From: a virus
Lineage: Duplodnaviria > Caudoviricetes
Length of the DNA: 38,036 bases
Reading direction: 5' to 3' (one strand)
IMG/VR virus record: IMGVR_UViG_3300034073_000217
Coordinates: 1 to 38,036 of that record
The translations under genes and the position numbers were made by a program. The notes below the pieces were generated by a model. That model was not told the origin of the DNA and did no database searches. It saw only the letters and a list, made by a program, of their open reading frames with translations. Below, in pieces: positions 16,383 through 24,959 of this stretch. Position 1 is the first letter of the stretch. Each line of letters opens with the position of its first letter.

Positions 16383-16393
16383 AAGGATACACA

Positions 16394-16531
16394 ATGCCAT
16401 TAAAGTCAGGTAAGTCTCAAAAGGTTATCTCTAGCAATATAAAAACTGAGATGAAAGCAGGTAAGCCACAAAAACAAGCTATCGCAATCGCACTATCAAA
16501 AGCTGGTAAATCTAAAAAGAAAAGGAAATAA
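16394..16531 (+). CDS. Small Lys-rich protein, 45 aa (not in the ORF track)
   Basis: TAAGGA RBS; [45 protein letters not shown]. Confidence 0.8.
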   Translation: MPLKSGKSQKVISSNIKTEMKAGKPQKQAIAIALSKAGKSKKKRK

Positions 16532-16533
16532 TT

Positions 16534-16659
16534 ATGCCAATGGTTGGAAATAAAAAATACGCTTACACAGCTAAAGGAATGAAAGAAGCTGAAAAAGCTG
16601 CAAAGAAAACAGGCAAAAAAATGACCATGAAAAAAGGTTATTCTAAAAAAGGAAAATAA
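16534..16659 (+). CDS. Small Lys-rich protein, 41 aa (not in the ORF track)
   Basis: AAGGA RBS; MPMVGNKKYAYTAKGMKEAEKAAKKTGKKMTMKKGYSKKGK. Confidence 0.8.
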   Translation: MPMVGNKKYAYTAKGMKEAEKAAKKTGKKMTMKKGYSKKGK

Positions 16660-16660
16660 A

Positions 16661-17101
16661 ATGGCTTTCACATTTACAACACCATCGTATTCAACAGAAG
16701 GATTATTGTCTTTATCATCACAAAATCCTAACTTTGTACCTACACAATATGGTGATTTAATGAACGCTCCATCTTTAGGATATTATTTTAGTGGTGGACA
16801 AGCATATGAGCCATACATGAGAAAAGGACAAATACAACCATATAAATCAAGCATGGGTGATAACTACGCTAATTTTGGTGGATTTGCATTTAAAAAGTTT
16901 ACTAAAGATGCTCCAGGTATTGTAGGTGGACAATATAGCGCAGCTCAAAATTTACCAACATCTTATTCTTATGCTCCATACCCATCAGGAGAAATAGCTT
17001 TCTTACAAAATCCAAATGCAGTAATGCAAGCATTAGGCGGTGAATCTTATGGTGCTGGTAGATTTATGCCATCAGGATTATTAGGAACTAGTAATGAGTA
17101 A
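16661..17101 (+). CDS. Hypothetical low-charge protein with N- and C-terminal GLL motifs
   Basis: AAGGA RBS; rich in G/S/Y/P. Confidence 0.7.
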   Translation: MAFTFTTPSYSTEGLLSLSSQNPNFVPTQYGDLMNAPSLGYYFSGGQAYEPYMRKGQIQPYKSSMGDNYANFGGFAFKKFTKDAPGIVGGQYSAAQNLPTSYSYAPYPSGEIAFLQNPNAVMQALGGESYGAGRFMPSGLLGTSNE

Positions 17102-17255
17102 ACAAGGTCTCTATGAGAATATCCGAAGAAAAAGAGCAAGAATCGAAGCTGGAAGCGGAGAAAAAATGCGTAAACCAGGAACAAAAGGCGCACCCACAGC
17201 CAAAGCCTTTAAGCAAGCAGCCAAAACTGCAAAGCCTGTTAAAAGACGTGGGTGA
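17094..17255 (+). CDS. Small basic protein, 53 aa (not in the ORF track)
   Basis: MSKQGLYENIRRKRARIEAGSGEKMRKPGTKGAPTAKAFKQAAKTAKPVKRRG. Confidence 0.8.
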   Translation: MSKQGLYENIRRKRARIEAGSGEKMRKPGTKGAPTAKAFKQAAKTAKPVKRRG

Positions 17256-17261
17256 TTGTGT

Positions 17262-17522
17262 ATGAAGAAAGATAGTAGATTAGTAAGAGCGGGTGTATCA
17301 GGTTATAACAAACCTAAACGCACACCTAGCCATCCTACTAAATCTCATGTGGTCGTTGCTAAAGACGGAGACCAAGTAAAGACCATACGCTTTGGTCAAC
17401 AAGGTGTAACCGGTGATAGAAAGATGACAGATAGAGCTAAGTCATTTAAAGCACGTCATGGTAAGAATATAGAAAAAGGAAAAATGTCAGCTGCCTTCTG
17501 GGCCAACAAAGTGAAGTGGTAG
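17262..17522 (+). CDS. Small basic conserved phage protein
   Basis: KSHVVVAK...IRFGQQG...SFKARH...SAAFWANKVKW. Confidence 0.8.
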   Translation: MKKDSRLVRAGVSGYNKPKRTPSHPTKSHVVVAKDGDQVKTIRFGQQGVTGDRKMTDRAKSFKARHGKNIEKGKMSAAFWANKVKW

Positions 17523-17668
17523 AAAGTCCATGCACTTATGAGTGCCACGTTATAGACGATGAATGTATCAGTTGTAAAAGAACAGTTCCAGAAATAATGA
17601 ACTGGACTAAGTTGACCGATGAGCAAAGAAAAGAGATAATGGATAGATGCTCACAACAGAAAAGCTAA
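17516..17668 (+). CDS. DUF1289-family 4-Cys (putative Fe-S/metal-binding) protein, 50 aa (not in the ORF track)
   Basis: SPCTYEC...CISCKRTVPEIMNWTKLTDEQRKEI matches the SPC-x3-C...C-x2-C-x-RT-x2-EI-x2-W pattern. Confidence 0.75.
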   Translation: MVESPCTYECHVIDDECISCKRTVPEIMNWTKLTDEQRKEIMDRCSQQKS

Positions 17669-18345
17669 ACATATTTGTAGGATACGATGGTGTAGTAGAA
17701 CCTGTGGCTTTTCATGTGTTTTGCCAAAGCGTGATAGAAAAAGCAACCATACCAGTTAGCTTTACTCCACTTGCTCTAAATACATTAAAAGGTTACACAG
17801 AAACACACAAAGACGGAAGCAACGCTTTTATCTACAGTAGGTTCTTAGTACCCTACCTCTGTGATTATAAAGGTTACGCTATCTTTGTTGATGGCGATAT
17901 GCTTTGTCGTGCAGACATAAAAGAGTTAATGGATATTATAGACCCATTGGCTGCAGTCTCAGTCGTGAAACACGATTATAAGACTAAACACCCAATCAAG
18001 TATCTAGGTTATAAGAACGAAGACTATCCTAGAAAGAATTGGTCAAGTGTCATGGTATGGAACTGTGGACACTTTAAGAATTTACAGTTGACACCTGAGA
18101 TGATAATGAACTCTACAGGTGCAGAATTACACCGATTAACATGGTTAGATAATGAGTTTATAGACTTAATTGGTGAGATACCCAAAGAATGGAACTGGTT
18201 AGTAGGGGAATACGATTACAATCCTAATGCTAAGTTAGTTCACTTTACTATAGGCACACCATGCTTTACAGACTATAGTCGTTGTGACTATGCAGAAGAG
18301 TGGGCATTTACTTTAGATAATCTATTAATACCAATGGACATATAA
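17647..18345 (+). CDS. GT-A fold glycosyltransferase (GT8-like)
   Basis: IFVGYD, FIYSRFLVP, FVDGDM (DxD), YPRKNWSS, WNWLVGEY and HFTIGTP motifs. Confidence 0.85.
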   Translation: MLTTEKLNIFVGYDGVVEPVAFHVFCQSVIEKATIPVSFTPLALNTLKGYTETHKDGSNAFIYSRFLVPYLCDYKGYAIFVDGDMLCRADIKELMDIIDPLAAVSVVKHDYKTKHPIKYLGYKNEDYPRKNWSSVMVWNCGHFKNLQLTPEMIMNSTGAELHRLTWLDNEFIDLIGEIPKEWNWLVGEYDYNPNAKLVHFTIGTPCFTDYSRCDYAEEWAFTLDNLLIPMDI

Positions 18346-18346
18346 A

Positions 18347-18922
18347 ATGGCAGACGAATTAAGAGGATATATTCCTTTAACAGAGGATGAAAAGCTGTTA
18401 GCAGAATACTATGCTCAATTTGAAAATCCATTACTTGGTGCTAATGTTACTGCAAAACAAAATACTCCCATTGGATTATTAACAGGAACAGTTGGTGGTA
18501 ATTACGATGTAATGCCAAATGTAGTTAATCCATATGCAGAAGCAAATTTATATGGTGATGGTTATAATGTAAGAGCAGCAATGGATGATTATGTAAAAAC
18601 ATTATCAGCAGGAACAGGTAATGGTTATATAAATGCTTTTGGTGAGGTTGTAAGAGGTAAAGATAATTCTGATTTTGATAGCACATCTTATGGTGGAAAC
18701 GTAGGAAATGTATCAGGAAGAATTACACAAACACCATATGATATAATTAAATCATTAGGTTATAATGCACCAACATTCAATGCAAATGTTACACAAGATA
18801 TGTCAGGCACATCTGTAGAAGCTAATAAAATATTAAATATGCTAGGTGGGCAAGGATTATTAGGTGCATATAAAAACCCATATGATGAAGGTATTAAATT
18901 TATGTGGGAAAGAGAATTTTAA
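18347..18922 (+). CDS. Hypothetical beta-strand-rich protein with terminal Phe
   Basis: Gly/Asn/Tyr-rich alternating strands; ends GIKFMWEREF; carries GLL motifs. Confidence 0.7.
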   Translation: MADELRGYIPLTEDEKLLAEYYAQFENPLLGANVTAKQNTPIGLLTGTVGGNYDVMPNVVNPYAEANLYGDGYNVRAAMDDYVKTLSAGTGNGYINAFGEVVRGKDNSDFDSTSYGGNVGNVSGRITQTPYDIIKSLGYNAPTFNANVTQDMSGTSVEANKILNMLGGQGLLGAYKNPYDEGIKFMWEREF

Positions 18923-18947
18923 ATCAACCAACCTATATGGAGTTGAA

Positions 18948-19286
18948 ATGGAACATGAAGATAAACAAATAGAACAAACAAATAATTGGGGTGGTAAACG
19001 AGAAGGAGCTGGCGCACCCAAAAACAATCAAAATGCTAGTAAATCCAATAGGTTATATGCAGAAACAATCAAGAGGATTAATGTTCAATCAGAAGGACAA
19101 GTAGCCTACGATATTGCTATGGCATTAATTAACAAAGCTAAAGATGGTGATATATCTGCTATCAAAGAGTTTGGTGATAGAGTAGACGGAAAAGCAGTAT
19201 CGACTACAGAACTAGGTACAATAGATGGACAAGATTCACCTCTAAACGTAACACTTAAGTTTATTAAACCAAACGATGTCGATTGA
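18948..19286 (+). CDS. terS: Terminase small subunit (putative)
   Basis: WGGKREGAG and GAPKNNQNA motifs, A..GD..AIKE..DR..GKA; overlaps terL; ATG after GGAG. Confidence 0.7.
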   Translation: MEHEDKQIEQTNNWGGKREGAGAPKNNQNASKSNRLYAETIKRINVQSEGQVAYDIAMALINKAKDGDISAIKEFGDRVDGKAVSTTELGTIDGQDSPLNVTLKFIKPNDVD

Positions 19287-20532
19287 GATTGAAGCAGAGT
19301 TTCCAGCTAAACTATCTTTTCTCGATGAACCACACCGATACAAAGTAGCTTATGGTGGTAGAGGAAGTGGTAAGTCATGGGGATTTGCTCGTGCATTACT
19401 AGCATTAGCGATTAAACATAAGTTAAGAATACTTTGTGCTAGGGAAGTACAACGCTCTATTAAACAATCAGTTCACCAACTGTTATCAGACCAAATACAA
19501 GCAATGGGTTTTGGTCAGTACTATGAAGTACTAGAGAATGAAATAAGATGTGTTAGTGGTAGTCAGATAAACTTTACAGGTCTTGCTAATAACACTGTAG
19601 AATCTATTAAGTCATTTGAAGGTGTAGACATTGTATGGGTAGAAGAAGCTCAGACTGTTAGTAAGAAGTCATGGGATATTCTTATTCCTACAATCAGGAA
19701 ACCTGACTCAGAGATATGGGTTACATTTAACCCTGATTTAGATTCAGATGATACATACAAACGATTTGTAATAGATACACCGGATAATGCCAAGGTAGTT
19801 AAAGTCAACTGGATTGATAATCCATGGTTTCCTAAAGTACTAAATGCAGAACGATTACACAGTAAAGCTACCTCAGATGATTACGATAACATTTGGGAAG
19901 GTGAATGTAAAACAGCCGTTGATGGCGCTATCTATGCTAACGAAATAAGAGAAGCACAAGAGAATAAACGTATTACAAACGTACCATATGACCCAGAGTT
20001 AAAGGTTCATGTGGTCATGGATTTAGGTTGGAATGACAGTATGTCAGTGATTCTATGCCAAAAAGGTGTATCAGATTTACGTATTATTAAATACATAGAA
20101 GATGACCATAGGACTTTAGATAGTTACTCTGCTGAACTAAAGAACTTACCATACAACTGGGGTCAAATGTATTTGCCACACGATGGTCAAACCAAAGACT
20201 TTAAATATGGCACATCAGCAGAAGAAATAATGAGACGACATAATTGGGATGTACGTATAGTTCCAAGACTAGATGTTGAATCAGGTATCAAACTAGCACG
20301 AATTAACTTTCATCGTTGTTACTTTGATAAATCAACAGAGCGTTTAATAGAGTGTCTTAAACACTATAGACGTTCTATTAATGCAACAACGAATGAACCA
20401 GGCGCACCACTACATGATGAATACTCTCATGGTGCTGACGCATTTAGATATTTATGTGTATCTGCTGACAAGTTCTCTAATGAGACATGGCAACATCAAG
20501 CGATACATTATCAAAACCTAGGAATTGTTTAA
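19276..20532 (+). CDS. terL: Terminase large subunit (PBSX-like family)
   Basis: YGGRGSGKS Walker A, WVEEAQ Walker B, TFNP, DLG and HGADAFRY nuclease motifs. Confidence 0.95.
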   Translation: MSIEIEAEFPAKLSFLDEPHRYKVAYGGRGSGKSWGFARALLALAIKHKLRILCAREVQRSIKQSVHQLLSDQIQAMGFGQYYEVLENEIRCVSGSQINFTGLANNTVESIKSFEGVDIVWVEEAQTVSKKSWDILIPTIRKPDSEIWVTFNPDLDSDDTYKRFVIDTPDNAKVVKVNWIDNPWFPKVLNAERLHSKATSDDYDNIWEGECKTAVDGAIYANEIREAQENKRITNVPYDPELKVHVVMDLGWNDSMSVILCQKGVSDLRIIKYIEDDHRTLDSYSAELKNLPYNWGQMYLPHDGQTKDFKYGTSAEEIMRRHNWDVRIVPRLDVESGIKLARINFHRCYFDKSTERLIECLKHYRRSINATTNEPGAPLHDEYSHGADAFRYLCVSADKFSNETWQHQAIHYQNLGIV

Positions 20533-21587
20533 TGTTATTAGCCCAAGAATATGTCCCAGACTTATCCGAATACAAGGATAGGTTTATGCGTACTCCGCTA
20601 GGATTGCTAACACAAGGCAATGTATCCGGTGCAGTAGATAGATTGGGCGTAGATGCACAAGGCAGAGTTCAGGCAATGATGAATCCTGAGTCTGCATTAC
20701 AAACTGGTTTTGATTTTATGGGTGGTGGAATATTAGGTCAAACAGCTTATCATGGCACACCTCATATATTTAGTAAGTTTGATGCAAGTAAAGTTGGAAC
20801 AGGTCAAGGCGCACAATCTTATGGCCATGGAATATATTTTGCTGAAAACCCTGCTGTTGCTAAAGAATATCAAAGACAGTTATCTGGATGGCAACCTGGA
20901 ACACAAAGCTCAATAAATCAATCAGGTGGTGATTTGGATGCAGCAATAAATGAAGTGCAAAGAAAAATAACACATTATCAAGGACTATTAGAATCAGGAA
21001 ATGTTCCTAAAGAAAGAGCGCAATCTCTTTTAGACATAAGCACAAATCAATTAAATGATTTACAAGCAATGAAGTCAGGAATTCCTGAAAGTAAAGGTTC
21101 TTTTTACACTGTAGATATTCCTGATGAGTACATTCCAAAAATGATTAATTGGGACAAAACTATTGGACAACAGTCACCAGAAGTTAAACAAGCAATACAA
21201 AACACAAGAAACGATTTAACTGAAAATAACATAGCAGATTTAGGTGGAGACACATCTTTATTATATGGAGATGATGTATCAGTTGAACAATTTTTAAATA
21301 CATGGTCTGCATTAAAAGGAGCAGATGATGCAGGTGAAAAACTACTAAATAAGTATGGAGTGCCTGGGGTTAAGTATTTAGATGAAGGAAGCAGAAATAC
21401 ATTTAAAGCACAATTAACTTATAAAGGTAAACCATATAGTGATGTAGTAGAATTTAAATCAAAAAATCTATTAGATGATTATATAAAAGAAAACAAAGCA
21501 AAAGGTTTTGGTGTAGACATAATACCAGGAACATCAAATTATGTAGTGTTTGACCCAACCAATGTCAAAATACTAGAACGAAAATAA
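20532..21587 (+). CDS. ADP-ribosyltransferase-like protein (polyvalent-protein ART-type domain)
   Basis: AYHGTPH.F.KFD...GTGQGAQSYGHGIYFAE and C-terminal GVKYLD...NYVVFDP; TAATG coupling places the start at 20532. Confidence 0.65.
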   Translation: MLLAQEYVPDLSEYKDRFMRTPLGLLTQGNVSGAVDRLGVDAQGRVQAMMNPESALQTGFDFMGGGILGQTAYHGTPHIFSKFDASKVGTGQGAQSYGHGIYFAENPAVAKEYQRQLSGWQPGTQSSINQSGGDLDAAINEVQRKITHYQGLLESGNVPKERAQSLLDISTNQLNDLQAMKSGIPESKGSFYTVDIPDEYIPKMINWDKTIGQQSPEVKQAIQNTRNDLTENNIADLGGDTSLLYGDDVSVEQFLNTWSALKGADDAGEKLLNKYGVPGVKYLDEGSRNTFKAQLTYKGKPYSDVVEFKSKNLLDDYIKENKAKGFGVDIIPGTSNYVVFDPTNVKILERK

Positions 21588-21595
21588 GGTACACT

Positions 21596-23665
21596 ATGGA
21601 AAAAATGACAGACGAAGAAATACTCAGTAAGATAGATAACGAGGAACAGATTGCATATGGTATTAACGATGCACAGTTATCATCTGAACGTGCAGAAGCT
21701 ATCAATTACTATTTAGGTGAGAAGTTTGGTAATGAGGTAGAAGGTCGTTCTCAAGTTGTATCTTACGATGTCCAGGACACGATTGAATCTGCATTACCAC
21801 AGTTACTAAAACCATTTGTATCCGGTGATGAAGTTGTAGCATTTGAGCCAAAAGGTCCAGAAGACCAAGCTGCTGCTGAACAAGAAACAGACTATGTAAA
21901 CCACATTGTGATGGAAAAGAACAATGGGTTTGAGATATTCTACGTATGGTTTAAAGATGCACTACTCTCTAAAAACGGATATGTTAAGGTTTATCACGAA
22001 GAATACGAAGAAGCAGAAGAAGAAGAGTATGAAGGTCTAACTGATGCACAATTAGATATGTTAGCATCAGATGATAATGTAGAAATACTAGAGCATGAAA
22101 CATATCCTGACCCATCTGTAACACCTATGCCTATCACTCCACCAGAGATGATACAGCCACCTGAAGTTAAACCTTTAGATGGTGAAGGTATTGAGATTGA
22201 CATGGCTACACAACAGGCATTTATACAGCCCATGTTACACAATGTTAAGATTCGTGTTAAAGAGATGACAGGTGAGATTAAGATTAAAAACGTAGCACCT
22301 GAAAACATTATGGTCTCTGTAGACTGTAGCGGTGTAGATTTAAATACAGCACGTTTCGTTCAACATCGTGAACTCATGTCACCATCAGAAGTAGCAGAGA
22401 TATTTGATGTAGACGAAGATGAATTAAATACCATCATGGCAGAACAAGATGAGTTTGAAATTGAATCTAATGCTCGTGATATATACTCAGAACAATATGA
22501 TAGAGCCGTAGATACTACAGACATCTTAGTTCGTGATACATACCTCAAAGTCAATGGTGAACGTCATCGTTATGTATTAGTAGGTAATCGTATCATTTAT
22601 AAAGACGAATCATGCGACAATGTGCCTTTTGCTTGCATCTCTCCCATGCTCATGCCACACAGACACATTGGTCGCTCTTATACAGACTTAACTCGTGATA
22701 TACAAATGATTAAGTCTACGCTTATCCGTGGTCAATTAGATAATATGTATTTATCTAATAATGGTCGTTACGCTATCTCTGATAGAGTAAACCTAGACGA
22801 TATGCTCACCTCAAGACCAGGTGGTATTGTGCGAGTACAAGGTGAACCAGGTTCATCTATCATGCCATTACAACACGCTCCATTCCCACCAACCTCATTT
22901 AGTATGGTTGAGTACATGGACAACATGAAAGAGAAGCGCACAGGCATTACTGCTTATAACCAAGGTTTAGATAGCAATAGCTTAAATAAAACTGCAACAG
23001 GTGTGCAACAAATCATGTCTGCTGCTCAACAACGTTTAGAGTTAGTGGCTAGAACATTTGCAGAAACAGGTGTTAAAGACTTATTTATGTTAGTGCATCG
23101 TTTAATCAGAAAAAATGTAACCAAGCCTGATATTGTAAGAATTAGAAACAAATGGGTAAATGTTGACCCAAGAGAATGGAAGAATCGTAAAGACTTATCT
23201 ATCTCTGTAGGCTTAGGCGCAGGTAACAAAGACCAACAGTTAATGCACATCAATGCTATCTTGCAATTACAAGAGAAAGCATTACAGGTTGGTTTAACTA
23301 ATCCTGAAAAGATTTACAACGCATTATCTAAACTGACACAAAACGCTGGCTTTAAAAACCCTGATGAGTTCTGGGTTAATCCGGCTAATATGCCACAAGG
23401 TATGCAACAGCAACAACCTAATCCACAAGATACATTAATCCAAGGTCAGTTAGCGATTGAACAAGCTAAAGCACAAGGGGATATGGCCATTGCTCAACAG
23501 AAAGCACAAGCTAACTTACAACAAGAGCAACTCCGTTCAGAGAATGACGTTATCATTGAACGTGAGAAGATTGCAGCACAAGCTGAACTAGAACGCTTTA
23601 AAGCACAATTAAAAGCAGAAACAGATTTAGCGATTGCACAAATTAAAGCTCAAGTAGGAATGTAA
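21596..23665 (+). CDS. Portal protein
   Basis: 689 aa after terL; GRSQVVS.DV.D, KDALLSKNG, KEKRTG and TATG motifs; Gln-rich C-terminal barrel helix as in P22-like portals. Confidence 0.9.
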   Translation: MEKMTDEEILSKIDNEEQIAYGINDAQLSSERAEAINYYLGEKFGNEVEGRSQVVSYDVQDTIESALPQLLKPFVSGDEVVAFEPKGPEDQAAAEQETDYVNHIVMEKNNGFEIFYVWFKDALLSKNGYVKVYHEEYEEAEEEEYEGLTDAQLDMLASDDNVEILEHETYPDPSVTPMPITPPEMIQPPEVKPLDGEGIEIDMATQQAFIQPMLHNVKIRVKEMTGEIKIKNVAPENIMVSVDCSGVDLNTARFVQHRELMSPSEVAEIFDVDEDELNTIMAEQDEFEIESNARDIYSEQYDRAVDTTDILVRDTYLKVNGERHRYVLVGNRIIYKDESCDNVPFACISPMLMPHRHIGRSYTDLTRDIQMIKSTLIRGQLDNMYLSNNGRYAISDRVNLDDMLTSRPGGIVRVQGEPGSSIMPLQHAPFPPTSFSMVEYMDNMKEKRTGITAYNQGLDSNSLNKTATGVQQIMSAAQQRLELVARTFAETGVKDLFMLVHRLIRKNVTKPDIVRIRNKWVNVDPREWKNRKDLSISVGLGAGNKDQQLMHINAILQLQEKALQVGLTNPEKIYNALSKLTQNAGFKNPDEFWVNPANMPQGMQQQQPNPQDTLIQGQLAIEQAKAQGDMAIAQQKAQANLQQEQLRSENDVIIEREKIAAQAELERFKAQLKAETDLAIAQIKAQVGM

Positions 23666-23925
23666 TGAAAGATAAAGCATACGAAGAAATAACTAAAGGC
23701 GGTGAAGCAGAAAAGATACTAGGTAGCAAAGTGTATCAGGAAGCATTTACCAAAGTTAAATCTAATATTATAGAAGCAATGCAAACATCTCCATTGGGTG
23801 ATGAAATAACCCATAACAGATTAGTTATTGCTCTACAGACATTAAACCAAATAGAGCGTGCATTAACAGACATCATGCAAACAGGCAAGATGGCTAAGAT
23901 ACAAGTTAATGATAACGTAAAATAG
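23665..23925 (+). CDS. Conserved small helical protein between portal and scaffold
   Basis: 86 aa, coupled to the portal gene. Confidence 0.75.
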   Translation: MKDKAYEEITKGGEAEKILGSKVYQEAFTKVKSNIIEAMQTSPLGDEITHNRLVIALQTLNQIERALTDIMQTGKMAKIQVNDNVK

Positions 23926-23951
23926 TTTTTTAACTAGAAAAAGGAAGTAAA

Positions 23952-24947
23952 ATGAGTGACCAAGCTATAGAGCAGTCACCACAGAGTCGCTTAGAAGCGA
24001 TGCTTGGTGATATTCAAGATGACGCAGCAATGCAAATTCAAGAAGAGCCACAAGAGGTTGAGGAAGAAGATACAATAGATGAGTCAGAAGATGACGAAGA
24101 AATTGTAGAAGAATCCGAAGACGAAGAACCAGAAACAGAAGACGAAGTAGAGGAAGAGGAATCCGATGAGGAACAACCTATACAATCTGTTAAGTTGAAA
24201 GTTAATGGTGAAGAAATTGAGAAACCACTTGACGAAGTCGTGGCATTAGCCCAACAAGGACTTGACTACACAAAGAAAACACAAGAAGTTGCAGAGCAAC
24301 GTAAAGCTGTTGAAACTATGCAAGAGCAGTTAAAAGCACAAGAACAACAGTTTATGGAGCAACAACAACTTAATAGTTTGTTGATTGAAGATGTAGCAAA
24401 AATCACGAGCCTAGACCAACAATTAAGCCAATATGCTAACGTGGATTGGCAGAAATTGACTGATAGTGACTTCGTGGAGGCACAAAAGCATTACATGGCA
24501 TACAATCAGTTACAGCAAGAACGTAACAATCTCGTTTCACAGTTTGAAGCCAAGAGGCAAGAAGCATTAACAAAACACCAGTCAGCATTAGCTGAACGCA
24601 TCAAAAAAGGTAAAGAAGTTCTAGCCAAAGAAATACCTAATTGGAGTCCAGAGACCACCCAAGAAGTTGTTACTACTGGTAAAGAATATGGATTTACTGA
24701 TGATGAGTTGAACGCTATCGTTGACCCTAGACACGTTAAAGTTTTGTATGATGCTATGCAATGGCGCAAACTTAAGAGTAAGAATCCTGTAGTGAAGAAG
24801 AAGGTCGCAAGTGCCAAACCTGTAGTGAAGCCAGGAACAAAAGACCCAAAAACATCTGTTAATTCTAATGCCAAGAAAATACGTGAGCAATTACGTAGGT
24901 CTGGTAGTTCTGAATTAGCGTCTAAATTAATCGAACAAATGATTTAA
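23952..24947 (+). CDS. Capsid scaffolding protein
   Basis: Acidic N-terminus, VKLKVNGEE, DYTKKTQ, coiled coil, DPRHV and a basic C-terminus; upstream of the capsid gene. Confidence 0.88.
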   Translation: MSDQAIEQSPQSRLEAMLGDIQDDAAMQIQEEPQEVEEEDTIDESEDDEEIVEESEDEEPETEDEVEEEESDEEQPIQSVKLKVNGEEIEKPLDEVVALAQQGLDYTKKTQEVAEQRKAVETMQEQLKAQEQQFMEQQQLNSLLIEDVAKITSLDQQLSQYANVDWQKLTDSDFVEAQKHYMAYNQLQQERNNLVSQFEAKRQEALTKHQSALAERIKKGKEVLAKEIPNWSPETTQEVVTTGKEYGFTDDELNAIVDPRHVKVLYDAMQWRKLKSKNPVVKKKVASAKPVVKPGTKDPKTSVNSNAKKIREQLRRSGSSELASKLIEQMI

Positions 24948-24959
24948 GGAGTTTTAATC

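Noticed and set aside
16417-16671. Minus-strand 84-aa Phe-rich 'membrane protein' from the ORF track
   Set aside because: It is the antisense shadow of two Lys-rich plus-strand ORFs that have good RBSs.
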